Of a stretch of 64,000 bases of DNA, positions 49,477 to 59,415 are shown piece after piece. The DNA is from Verrucomicrobiota bacterium (GTDB taxonomy: Bacteria > Verrucomicrobiota > Verrucomicrobiia > Limisphaerales > AAA164-E04). Position 1 is the stretch's first letter, and the number at the start of each line of letters is the position of its first letter. Position numbers and translations under genes: made by a program. Under the pieces are notes generated by a model, which saw only the letters and a list, made by a program, of their open reading frames with translations, was not told the origin of the DNA and did no database searches. The stretch spans positions 711,467 through 775,466 of the forward strand of contig CP170459.1 of NCBI GenBank assembly GCA_047947115.1, read 5' to 3'.

Positions 49477-50817
49477 TTAATCCAGCACTTTGATGCGAAT
49501 GTTGCGCAATGCGATGGCTCCGTGATCCCCCTGAATGAACAGGGAACCCGGCTGATCCACATTGGCATCCAATTCACTGCCGGTCGCTTTGTTCACCTCG
49601 ACGTTGTCGTGCACTTTGACTCCGTTCAAGGTGACGGTTATTCGATTTCCTTTGATCGTGGCTTCCACTTCCTGCCATTCACCGGCACGACGTGAGGCCA
49701 TCAGGGAAACTGGTTTGACACTGTAAATAGCGCCATTGCCACCCATTTCAGGCTTTTTGCCGTAATCGTCAAAGATCTGGATCTCGTGACGTCCGCGCAG
49801 GTAAAAACCACTGTTGCTCCCCGGAGGAATCAGGTATTCGTAGCGCACGGTAAAGTTCCAGTATTTGTCGTTGGTCACGATGTCGGTGCCGTGCTCACCT
49901 TCAGCTACATTATTGACCATCATACCGTTCTGAACACTCCAGCTTTTGGTTCCATTGGCGTGACGAAGCTTCCAACCATCCAGATTGACCCCGTTGAAAA
50001 GTGGTTTGAATCCTTCAGCTCGTTCTTCAGGACTGACTTCATAACGGTTGTTGATGGGGCTGCCATCACCTTCTGCCAAGCCGAGGGCCCAGCGAATACC
50101 GCCCAGAATGTGTTTCTGATAATGATCACTGGTCCAGATATCTTCGCGATGTCCCAAAGAAGTGTAAAACACTTTTCCTTTGCCATATTCACTGCACCAG
50201 GCAATCGGATAGTCACCGGGTTCCCAGGTATTGGGGCGTTGATCCTGGCTCAAGAGTCCGTGTACACGATCACGATGGAAGTTTTTGAGGATGTAGATTT
50301 CATCAAAGACTGTGAACTGCTCACCATAATGCTGGCAGGAAGGATGATGGCGATCTTCCACACGGGCATTCACTTCCACCTGCCGGCCATGGGTCAGGAA
50401 CTCGCCGCCGATCATGCCCACAAATTTGGGAAATCCGTGAAAGGTATCTGATGCCGAGTGCATTCCCAGAAACGCCTTGCCGCTTTGAATCCATTCCATG
50501 AAGTATTCCCGGTTGGGAATGGGCAGATCACCGGTGGTGTTGGCAAAAATCACGCCATCCCACTGCTTCAATGCTTCGGGATTCATCTTTTCGGCGATCT
50601 CTTCATCCGTCCGGGCATAGGCTACGTCAAATTCGTCGGAGCTCTCAGCCAGGGAGCCAAGAACGGCTTCAGCGGTCGGGATGGACGAGTGGCGAAATCC
50701 CTTGGTCACGGTGACGACCAACAGATTCTTGGATGCTGCCTGCAGAGAGGCGCCGGTCAAACAAACCGCAGCCAAAAGCAAAGTCACTGCGGATCGGGTC
50801 ATTGATGATTTCTTCAT
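49477..50817 (-). CDS. ThuA-like domain fused to DUF1080 (3-keto-disaccharide hydrolase-like)
   Basis: TKGFRHSSI, FLGMHSASD, FYTSLGH; LFNGVNLDGW, NSGFYLRG, IQGDHG..RNIRIK. Confidence 0.85.
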   Translation of the reverse strand: MKKSSMTRSAVTLLLAAVCLTGASLQAASKNLLVVTVTKGFRHSSIPTAEAVLGSLAESSDEFDVAYARTDEEIAEKMNPEALKQWDGVIFANTTGDLPIPNREYFMEWIQSGKAFLGMHSASDTFHGFPKFVGMIGGEFLTHGRQVEVNARVEDRHHPSCQHYGEQFTVFDEIYILKNFHRDRVHGLLSQDQRPNTWEPGDYPIAWCSEYGKGKVFYTSLGHREDIWTSDHYQKHILGGIRWALGLAEGDGSPINNRYEVSPEERAEGFKPLFNGVNLDGWKLRHANGTKSWSVQNGMMVNNVAEGEHGTDIVTNDKYWNFTVRYEYLIPPGSNSGFYLRGRHEIQIFDDYGKKPEMGGNGAIYSVKPVSLMASRRAGEWQEVEATIKGNRITVTLNGVKVHDNVEVNKATGSELDANVDQPGSLFIQGDHGAIALRNIRIKVLD

Positions 50818-50937
50818 ACGTTTTATTTAGTCTGTTTGCCTCGGATCGGTCTCGAACATGAACGACACGACCGAAGCCGCGTGTGATACGTCGAATGATT
50901 TAAGGATAAATCTGGTTTAATCGCTCCACCGACAGGG

Positions 50938-53900
50938 TCAAGGAATCTTTCCATCAGGTGGGGTGATTTCTTCATTTTGAGCAGATTCTTCCTGCTTTTT
51001 AGGATCATCTGCCTCGGATCCCTCCTTGTTCTGCCAAAGTCGCTGCACCGGGATCAACCCGTTTTCGGAAAGCAACCAGTCATTCATGTTGTTCAGGGAC
51101 TGAAAAGGGACCAAAAGGTATTTGGGCACAAAATAAAGCGGCTTGATCTCCGGCTCCCCGATGGTCCCCGTCACCCGATACTCAAACAGTTTCGAAACAG
51201 GCCAGAGCGCCAGACTGAACACCTTGCCCAACATGGACGCATCCCGCAGCAGTTCTGCCTCCACTCGCGAGTCCAGCACTCCGTCAAAATCCACCGAACC
51301 ACGATACTGCAGCCGGGCCGTACGTTCTCGGATTTCCATGTTGTCCGTTTCGATCAAACTGTTGGTGATTGTAAAATTGGCATCCCCGCGTGTCGCGCGA
51401 CTGTTCCCCAATCCCGGGGAAACGGCATTCATCAGTTTCGAAAAGACCCCGAATAAAGGTGTATCCCACAAGCGGCCATTCCGCAGATGAACATTTCCAT
51501 ATCCATTCCAACTCTCCCAATCACCGGTCTCCGCCGACGTGATGCGAAGTTTTCCAGATAGATTTCCTTCCGAATCTTTTGTTTCAGCCACCATGTCCTT
51601 CATGAACGGCCCCAGCTGAACATCCTCCAGGTCAACATCCATTTCGAATCCGGCACCGTCTCCGTCATGAAGGTTCAAGCGCATTTCTCCATCCAATGTT
51701 CCTTGATAAAAGGGAGCGTGCACGTCTTGAAGCGTCAGTTTGTCGTGATCCCACACAATGCGGCTTCGGATGGTCGGCACATTGAATCGCCAGAAAGAAA
51801 ACGGTCCGCCATCCACGTCAAACTGAGCGGTCACGGAATCAATATCATCAAAAGGAATTTTTCCATTCATGGTCACCTTCGGTGCTCCCGAAAACCGGTA
51901 AGGTTCCAAAGTGCGAGCCGTGGCGGGGCCAATGGCATGAGCAATAGCCATGGGATGCACATGGCTGACTGCATTGGTGATCTCAATAAACCCCTGCCCA
52001 GCATGGATGCCCAGCGCGTCCGCGGTCACTTTTCCTTCCTCCCGTTGGACAATTGGATTGAAAATCTTGAAAAACTGATTGGTTAAACTCCCCTGCGCTT
52101 CCACGGAAAGACAGGCCTGGTCGCGATAACTCATGCGCCCGGTCTTCAAGATGGCTTCTCCGCCTGTCAGTTCCAAATGGTGCCAACGTCCCCAAATCTT
52201 GCCTTTTACCTCGATGGGATCCGGAAATTCCATTTGCGAAAGCACCTTCTGCCCGGCAGCATTGAGCATGGGGTTCAATGCCTTGGGCTGAGCAACACTA
52301 TCCACATCCCACACGTAATCCTGTGTGCGTGCATCACACTCATATCCCAATCGGGTCACACCCTCTGGGCGATGAATGGTCAGGTTGGGCAGCCGCCAGA
52401 TCATGTCCGAGAAAAAGATGTCCGAAGAAGCTCCATCCACCGGAACACCTCGGAACGCCCCGGCGTCCACGTCAAAATGTCCGTCGATGTTGAGTGTGGG
52501 TTTGACTTCACCGCGCCAATCGGGTTTGGGATCCGTCCATGCGGGTAGTTGCGCACTGCCTTTGGCGGTCAAGCTGGGTGGATCCACCCAGTTGTATTGA
52601 TCGATCCATTTCTTGCCGTTCTCGGACAGCATGTGACGTATCTCACGAGCGTCGAAATCGGAAACAACTTCCAGGTCCACCAGCCGAGACGGCACATCCA
52701 ACGAACCCTTTGCATCCACATGCCCGCGATAGAGTTCACCTTCGATCCGCCGAATATTCAGAACGGGAGCATCCCACTGCACCTGGGTTTCGAATCGTGA
52801 TGCCTCCAACAAGGGACCTTCGATGCCTTCCACTTTCGCCTCCAATCCGATGACAAAGGGTTTCAATGCAGCCCACCAGGCCCAATCATCCACATTGTCT
52901 GCTTCTCCTGTGTCAGGATTGGGCGAGATCCGGGATTGAACGGTCAATCGCGCCACTGAAGCCCAAGGGCTTTCCACACCCTGCAAATCAACAAACACAT
53001 CTCCGGACCACTGCCGCGAGTCACCTGGTCGCCAGTCCAGTTGAATTCGCCATTCAGAACGGTTCAAAGTGATGGCGGGTGCTTGCTGCCACGCTACTTC
53101 ATCGGAAATCAAAGAAGCCTGCGCATTCCAAAGCGTTTGGTCGGATTCGGGAGCGGAGATCCTGCCGGTGACCAGAAGAGGATCCATTATCAACTTACCG
53201 GCTTGACCGAACTCGATGTTGCCCGCGAAGCGGGCATTTTTGAGTTTCCCGCTTCGGGTCACCAATTGGGCAGTTCCTGCCAGATCACCATTGATCTCCC
53301 AGTCACTCGGGGTGATGGCACGCTCCCAACTGAGTTTCCATTCAAGATCCCAGAAATCACCAGCCGCGTCCCGGGGTGGAATCTCGGCATCCAGCAAAGC
53401 GCCCTGTAACTTCGCCCATTTCGTCTCGATCAGATCCGAATGAACGCTAACATGCGCGGCGGATTTTTCAGGGTTTTTGGCGTCGAGATCGACATGCACT
53501 TTGATTTCCGGAGGTTCATTGAACTGAATACGCTGTTTCGTTTCGACGATCTGCTTAAGCAATTGCCCGAATTTTTGAGGGGTATCAGCCGACCGTTTTC
53601 CGGTGCTCCATTCAGAAAAAGCAAAGGCATTGGTGACGCTGCCCGAGAATGTCACTTCCAATCCCAACATCTCTGCCCGGAGATAATCCAGTTCCCACCA
53701 TTGTCGGGAATGCAACTTCAACCGGGTGGCAATACCCACCGCTTCGAAGGATTCCACATCATCCATCTCTGACTCTATCGGTAAACGCAGACGTCCCCCG
53801 CGCAGAATGGCCTCTTCTATATTGATATCCTTAAACAACCACTGCAATGGCTGTATGCTCACCTGGATGGTATCGGCTGAAAAGGAGGGTTCGTTGGGAT

Positions 53901-54192
53901 CATTGGGTGCCACCAGCGTGGCGTTTTCCACCAGCACACCCTTACTCGGAATCCAGCGCATGCTGTCAAAATCAATCTCCAGGCCTTTTTCCCGCAAGTT
54001 GTCCAGGATACGCGCTTTGACAAAGTCGGGAAGCCCTCGGTTCTCGAAATACCAGACAAAGCTTATCAGAACGATGGCAACAAGCATGCAAAACCAAAGT
54101 CCCCACCTCAAACCGGAGCGAACCCACCGCCTGCGTCGCCTCTTCTCAGGGCTCCGTGGCGGCTCTATTTTGCTTCGCTGCTTGTTTTCCAT
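50938..54192 (-). CDS. AsmA-like / YhdP-like large periplasmic beta-taco protein
   Basis: N-terminal TM, long beta-rich repeats, C-terminal LFEYRVTGTIGEP. Confidence 0.7.
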   Translation of the reverse strand: MENKQRSKIEPPRSPEKRRRRRWVRSGLRWGLWFCMLVAIVLISFVWYFENRGLPDFVKARILDNLREKGLEIDFDSMRWIPSKGVLVENATLVAPNDPNEPSFSADTIQVSIQPLQWLFKDINIEEAILRGGRLRLPIESEMDDVESFEAVGIATRLKLHSRQWWELDYLRAEMLGLEVTFSGSVTNAFAFSEWSTGKRSADTPQKFGQLLKQIVETKQRIQFNEPPEIKVHVDLDAKNPEKSAAHVSVHSDLIETKWAKLQGALLDAEIPPRDAAGDFWDLEWKLSWERAITPSDWEINGDLAGTAQLVTRSGKLKNARFAGNIEFGQAGKLIMDPLLVTGRISAPESDQTLWNAQASLISDEVAWQQAPAITLNRSEWRIQLDWRPGDSRQWSGDVFVDLQGVESPWASVARLTVQSRISPNPDTGEADNVDDWAWWAALKPFVIGLEAKVEGIEGPLLEASRFETQVQWDAPVLNIRRIEGELYRGHVDAKGSLDVPSRLVDLEVVSDFDAREIRHMLSENGKKWIDQYNWVDPPSLTAKGSAQLPAWTDPKPDWRGEVKPTLNIDGHFDVDAGAFRGVPVDGASSDIFFSDMIWRLPNLTIHRPEGVTRLGYECDARTQDYVWDVDSVAQPKALNPMLNAAGQKVLSQMEFPDPIEVKGKIWGRWHHLELTGGEAILKTGRMSYRDQACLSVEAQGSLTNQFFKIFNPIVQREEGKVTADALGIHAGQGFIEITNAVSHVHPMAIAHAIGPATARTLEPYRFSGAPKVTMNGKIPFDDIDSVTAQFDVDGGPFSFWRFNVPTIRSRIVWDHDKLTLQDVHAPFYQGTLDGEMRLNLHDGDGAGFEMDVDLEDVQLGPFMKDMVAETKDSEGNLSGKLRITSAETGDWESWNGYGNVHLRNGRLWDTPLFGVFSKLMNAVSPGLGNSRATRGDANFTITNSLIETDNMEIRERTARLQYRGSVDFDGVLDSRVEAELLRDASMLGKVFSLALWPVSKLFEYRVTGTIGEPEIKPLYFVPKYLLVPFQSLNNMNDWLLSENGLIPVQRLWQNKEGSEADDPKKQEESAQNEEITPPDGKIP

Positions 54193-55988
54193 GATTGGAT
54201 TTGACGGATATCATGTGTCAACGCATTCGAAACCTCGCAGATGACGGGTCCGGTTTCAAGATCCACCCCCACATAAACATCTGAATCAGGCGTCGATCTC
54301 CCGGTCAAAATACGTTTACTCGCCGACACCTCACCTCGCCTGAAATGTACCGTGATCTGCAATCGATCACCCTCAGGATCAAGACCGAACTGTTCATAAC
54401 GAACATCCCCTGCCTCCACCCAATCTTCGGCGTGTGGTTGGGACAACTTCTCGAGCACCTGGGGCATGTAACGCTTTTCCAAATCATCCAACGGGTCGCC
54501 ATCCAGCATCCATACACCGTTCAAGGCCTGCTTGAACTCTGCTTTGACACCCTTTTCCAAGATATCGATGCCGACAATTTCCTCAACCGGGACAGACCAT
54601 AGTTTGCGTTCTCTCAGCTCAATGGCGTGCTCCGGAATTTCGATCAACAAACTGGCTGGCAATTCATACAACGTGGATTCATCCGTCCGCTGGGCATACA
54701 TCGCACCACCAAAAGCACGACTGAACTTGATCCCAAGTGTGTTGGTTTTCTCGGATCCGTGCATGGTGGCCAATTCAATGTCGAACGACCCGACAGCAAA
54801 AATGTTCTCCAGTTGTTCTTTGCTGACGTCATCATGAAAAACCTTGGCAGTGATATTGACAAGGTTCTGGTGCAATCGCCCCACCAACTCGGCATCGGTC
54901 GGAATGGAAACCGGTTCGATAATATGCCAGGCAGCATCCTCAGGATCCCAGGACAAGGTGAAAGGTTCATCTCGTTTCAGTAAAATACGATTGCTCGTAA
55001 AACCCGGATCGATCAGGAACGCATCCCGAAAAGCGGCGATGGGTTGGTTCAATTGATCACTGAATACTCGCTCCGGAGCCAACAACACCGAATCACGACC
55101 TTGAGACATGGTATAACGTAACCCAGGCTTGTCGGGCACATTGAAACCAAAGGATACACGGAAAACTTCCTGCTGTTCCGACTTCAGCACCAGTTCCAGC
55201 ACCGGATCTTCCAGCCCCATCCATTGCAAATCCTCGTCAGATTCAAGCGCGACAAACCCCTGCGTTTCCCAGGTGGGCAGACTTTGCTTCAACAAGGTTT
55301 CAATCCGCACAAGATTGGCCCGGGTTCCCTTAAGATTCTCCGGAGCTTCCAACAACCAACGACCACCCTCAACGGGACGACTCATGATGACGGGACCTTC
55401 GGATTGAAGGATCTCGATTCGATCCACCTTGTCCAATTGAGCCCCCACAATGCGCGTGTCACGCCAGGCGTCCGCAGCGTCCGGAAGGGCATCCATCCAC
55501 CCGGCATCCACCACCCATGCCTCGGCTTGATCATCAACCCTCATGTAAATCTGATCTCCGACCGACTCGCGTTCCCCAAAACGAACGGTAACTTCCCGAT
55601 CCCCCGCCCCAACGATCACGCTCATCTGAGCCGGTTCCAGCCCAAAGGCCGACCATCCCCCTTCTCGCGAAATGATCTCGGGTTCAAGAATGGCTTTGGG
55701 CTTGAGACGGGTAATGGACTCGATCAATCCGGCCACCAAGGTCGGATGCGCCACATCAGAAAGAGGCTCAATCATGCGCCATCTTGTACCTTCTTTTTGA
55801 AATTCCAATTGAGCTTCCTTGCCCTGAACGCGAACGAATTCCCAAGTACCCAACTGGGAAACCGGTAAAAGGGTTCGATCCGCTCTGATCTCACCGGAGG
55901 ATCTTTGCCATGGCGCATCGAACAATACCACGATCCCGGTCAGTACCAGGGAAGTGATCCATAATAACATGGTTTGCTTGCGAATCAT
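54165..55988 (-). CDS. DUF4340 repeat protein
   Basis: N-terminal TM, repeated W...P...A, FGL..P and RD..L segments; follows GldG-like gene. Confidence 0.7.
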   Translation of the reverse strand: MIRKQTMLLWITSLVLTGIVVLFDAPWQRSSGEIRADRTLLPVSQLGTWEFVRVQGKEAQLEFQKEGTRWRMIEPLSDVAHPTLVAGLIESITRLKPKAILEPEIISREGGWSAFGLEPAQMSVIVGAGDREVTVRFGERESVGDQIYMRVDDQAEAWVVDAGWMDALPDAADAWRDTRIVGAQLDKVDRIEILQSEGPVIMSRPVEGGRWLLEAPENLKGTRANLVRIETLLKQSLPTWETQGFVALESDEDLQWMGLEDPVLELVLKSEQQEVFRVSFGFNVPDKPGLRYTMSQGRDSVLLAPERVFSDQLNQPIAAFRDAFLIDPGFTSNRILLKRDEPFTLSWDPEDAAWHIIEPVSIPTDAELVGRLHQNLVNITAKVFHDDVSKEQLENIFAVGSFDIELATMHGSEKTNTLGIKFSRAFGGAMYAQRTDESTLYELPASLLIEIPEHAIELRERKLWSVPVEEIVGIDILEKGVKAEFKQALNGVWMLDGDPLDDLEKRYMPQVLEKLSQPHAEDWVEAGDVRYEQFGLDPEGDRLQITVHFRRGEVSASKRILTGRSTPDSDVYVGVDLETGPVICEVSNALTHDIRQIQSWKTSSEAK

Positions 55989-56039
55989 GATTGCCTGCGT
56001 CTCATCAATCTCACTTTCTCATCCATTCATCCCTCGTCG

Positions 56040-57548
56040 TCAATACCGACGTTTCAACCAAACCAAAAATCCAATCCCAAATACTCCCAACGGCAATATC
56101 GCCAACATAAACCACTGTAACTGCCGAAGCTCTTTCGCAGGAATATCCATACGAAACTCCGTCAAGGCACGCGGACCAATCCCACCCAACAGGGTATCAC
56201 GTTCCAACAGCCAACTCATCGCCAACCCGGCTAAATCCCGGTTTCCCACTTTCTGCAGATGCACATTGCTGAAACACTGCGAATCCCCCAGCACAATCAT
56301 GCGCGAAGGAACCTGATTCAACCCGCTCTCCTCCGATGGCCTGGCTTCCAAACTCGCCATAAGGGGAATTTCCTGGTGAAAAGCGTCCGACCGGGCATCG
56401 AATAAAAACTCTCCATTTGAAAAGATGGATTTGCTCACACCATTGGTGGTCGTCACTGCGAGAAGATCAATATCCACATCGAACGTTTCCATGCGCTTGT
56501 TCATCGGCTGTAACGACCGTGGAAGGGACATGACCAGTGGAGTCCCGGTTCCCAACAAGGGATTCGTCACAGGATGCGGCGCCAGATTACCCACAAGCAA
56601 CTCGCTGCCGGAAAAAGTCCTCTCATCTTCAACCACATTTTGCCCCACAGAAATCCGCCAGGATCTCAACCAGTTCTCCAGCCCGGTCACCCTGCCAACG
56701 GCCTTGAAATTGAAACCAATCAAAACACGACCGCCCCCTCGCACATATTGATCCAGATGATGCAACTCTTCCGGTGCCCATTGCTGGACCGACCCGGCAA
56801 TGATCAAGGCCGCAACATCGTCCGGAATCGCTCCCTGTTCCCTTATGTTCCAGCTCTTGACCGCAAGGTTCTTTTCTTCCAGTGCATACTTCAAGGAAGC
56901 ATACCCATCCAGGTCCTGGCTCTCCAGATCATGCTCGTCGTGACCTTGCACGCAATAAACCACCGGAGTGTTACCCTCGACCAGATTCATCATCGCAGAC
57001 GTAAACAACATCTCCCCCTTGAACCCCACCGCCTTCATCATGAGCTGTCCCCCCTCATCCACATGCGTGGTGGTGTAATCGATCAACTCCTTAACAGACA
57101 CCACCCGGTGACGCCCCTCCATTGCGAACAAAACACTCTCGTGCTCCTGATCGTTCAGGAGTTCGAATTGTTTGCGGATCGTACGCGCTTTGTCGACTTG
57201 ACGCAGGTAATCCACCACCTCCACCTGAATGTTCGAATTGGCATGACGATATTCGTTGAGCAACCCCATGATGCTCGCATGGGGCGTGTCGCGTTCGTCC
57301 GGATCATGAAACACCACCACCCGCACCTCATTGGTCAGTGACCGCACCCAGGATTCGGTCAAAGGTGACAGCATGACCGCCGGATCCTTATGCCAAAGAA
57401 ATCGCCAGGGATGCTGGATCACCAGATAATTCACACAAACAGCCATCCAGACAATGGCGACACCCGCCAACACAAAATCCAACCAGAAAGCGCTCCCCGT
57501 GAGAAGGCCTCGGCGTGACAGATTGGATGGTTTGTCGGAAGGTTGCAT
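56040..57548 (-). CDS. GldG-like ABC-associated auxiliary protein
   Basis: N- and C-terminal TMs, LSPLT, QGHDEH, GGRVLI, IVLGDS...GNRDL. Confidence 0.8.
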   Translation of the reverse strand: MQPSDKPSNLSRRGLLTGSAFWLDFVLAGVAIVWMAVCVNYLVIQHPWRFLWHKDPAVMLSPLTESWVRSLTNEVRVVVFHDPDERDTPHASIMGLLNEYRHANSNIQVEVVDYLRQVDKARTIRKQFELLNDQEHESVLFAMEGRHRVVSVKELIDYTTTHVDEGGQLMMKAVGFKGEMLFTSAMMNLVEGNTPVVYCVQGHDEHDLESQDLDGYASLKYALEEKNLAVKSWNIREQGAIPDDVAALIIAGSVQQWAPEELHHLDQYVRGGGRVLIGFNFKAVGRVTGLENWLRSWRISVGQNVVEDERTFSGSELLVGNLAPHPVTNPLLGTGTPLVMSLPRSLQPMNKRMETFDVDIDLLAVTTTNGVSKSIFSNGEFLFDARSDAFHQEIPLMASLEARPSEESGLNQVPSRMIVLGDSQCFSNVHLQKVGNRDLAGLAMSWLLERDTLLGGIGPRALTEFRMDIPAKELRQLQWFMLAILPLGVFGIGFLVWLKRRY

Positions 57549-57557
57549 TGAACAAAT

Positions 57558-58316
57558 CTATTTTCGGCTTTCCACCATTCTCCAGGTCAGGAACAGGAAC
57601 AACCCGGTCAGGGACATATAAAACGTCAAATGCCTGGCATCAATCACACCTCGAACAAAGTCGGTCATATGATCGAACAGACTGATGTGACCAAAAAAAG
57701 CCGCCTGCCAACCGGATTGATCAGGGATGATCTCAATCACGAAACTCAACATGAACAAAACCATCTCCAAAGTCAGACCGATCATGGCCGCGATAAGCTG
57801 ACTCTTGGTACAAACCGAAGCCAGAGATCCCATTGACAAAAACAAGCCCCCAACCAGCAATACCCCAAGCATTGTTCCCCCGATGATCCCTGCATCCAGA
57901 TATCCTGGATCATTAAAAAACTGTCCCAGCCAAACCATCAACCCCCACAAGGGAATCCACATCAACCCATAAAAAGTCCAACTCGCGAAAAACTTTGAAA
58001 AAACCACCTGCACATTGCTGACGGGAGTCGTCATCAATGCCTCGTAGGTGCCCGTCGATTTTTCAAAAGCAAAACTGCGCATGGTAATCGCAGGGCAGGC
58101 CAGCAAGACAATGAACCAAAAGAAAGGTGTACTGTAGAAGGCCTCGGTCAAAGGAGCATCCATGGCCCGACCATTGTAGGCCAGGATGACCGTGAGGAGA
58201 CTCAGGCCAATGAGGAACATCACCATGCTCAGGATAACGTATCCCGTCAGAGTGGTTAGATAAAACCCAAGCTCGCGCTTGAGCAATGTTGCAAAAATCC
58301 TCATGTTATCAATCAC
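57558..58316 (-). CDS. GldF-like ABC-2 permease
   Basis: KRELGFY, TMRSFAFEKSTGTYEALMTTPV, RGVID. Confidence 0.85.
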   Translation of the reverse strand: MIDNMRIFATLLKRELGFYLTTLTGYVILSMVMFLIGLSLLTVILAYNGRAMDAPLTEAFYSTPFFWFIVLLACPAITMRSFAFEKSTGTYEALMTTPVSNVQVVFSKFFASWTFYGLMWIPLWGLMVWLGQFFNDPGYLDAGIIGGTMLGVLLVGGLFLSMGSLASVCTKSQLIAAMIGLTLEMVLFMLSFVIEIIPDQSGWQAAFFGHISLFDHMTDFVRGVIDARHLTFYMSLTGLFLFLTWRMVESRK

Positions 58317-59259
58317 CTAAAGGTCCATGACCCGATCGGGTCAACTGCACAAACAAATCCTCCAGAGTCGGCTGCCGATGTGTGAGCTCACGAAGCGTCC
58401 AACCGCGTCGTTTGACTTCCTCAAACAACAAAGGCCGCAAATCCACACCATCACTCGAAGTCAGCGTACACTCCAAAAACCCGCGCCCAAGATCCTTGAT
58501 CTTATGATCTGCCACTGACGGCATGGCCTGTAACGCATGCGCCAAAGCTTCCCACGGAGCGGCCACCTCCGCCACCACATGAGTCAGACTCCCCATACGC
58601 TGATGAATCTTCTCCTTGGAATCATCCGCCAGCAGCTTCCCGGTGTGTAAAATCAGGATTCGATCACAAAGAATCTCAACTTCGGAAAGGATATGAGTCG
58701 AAAGCAACACCGTATGATTCTCCGCCAACGATGCAATCAACTTCCGAAACAAGCGAACCTGATGCGGATCCAAGCCAATCGTCGGTTCGTCCAGTATAAT
58801 CACCTCCGGCTGATGCAGAATGGCGTCGGCCACCCCCACACGTTGACGATACCCCTTGGACATCTGACCAATAATTTTGCGCCGCACCTTGGACAAATCG
58901 CATAACTCCAGCACCTCGCCCAGACGTTTTCGCAGACGATCCCCATGCACTCCCTTCAACCCGGCCCGAAAACGAAGGTATTCCTCCACCCGCATGTCCA
59001 AGTGCAAGGGATTGTTCTCGGGCATGTAACCAATCCGTTTACGCACCTCCATCGGTTTGCGATCAATATCATAACCCGCAATCCGCACCTTCCCCGAAGT
59101 AGGCGGCATGAAAGTGGACATGATGCGCATGGTCGTGCTCTTACCAGCGCCATTAGGCCCCAGAAACCCGACAACCTGCCCTCGCTTCACCGAAAACGAA
59201 AGCTCGCGCAGGGCCGTATGCCCCGCATAGCGCTTGGTCAAATGTTCCACCTGTATCAT
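58309..59259 (-). CDS. GldA-like ABC ATP-binding protein
   Basis: GPNGAGKST, MSKGYRQRV, LDEPTIGLDP, STHILSEV. Confidence 0.92.
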   Translation of the reverse strand: MIQVEHLTKRYAGHTALRELSFSVKRGQVVGFLGPNGAGKSTTMRIMSTFMPPTSGKVRIAGYDIDRKPMEVRKRIGYMPENNPLHLDMRVEEYLRFRAGLKGVHGDRLRKRLGEVLELCDLSKVRRKIIGQMSKGYRQRVGVADAILHQPEVIILDEPTIGLDPHQVRLFRKLIASLAENHTVLLSTHILSEVEILCDRILILHTGKLLADDSKEKIHQRMGSLTHVVAEVAAPWEALAHALQAMPSVADHKIKDLGRGFLECTLTSSDGVDLRPLLFEEVKRRGWTLRELTHRQPTLEDLFVQLTRSGHGPLGD

Positions 59260-59415
59260 GTCAAATCCGATGCATTCCCAGACCTTTGAACCCAAAGGTG
59301 GGATGAACGTTCATTCTGCTGCCAGAACAAACCCCAGGCCAAGGAAAAATGTAAGGCAGGAGGTTCACTCCAACCTGGAAACACATCTACATTCTAGACT
59401 GCGAAACAAATTTAA

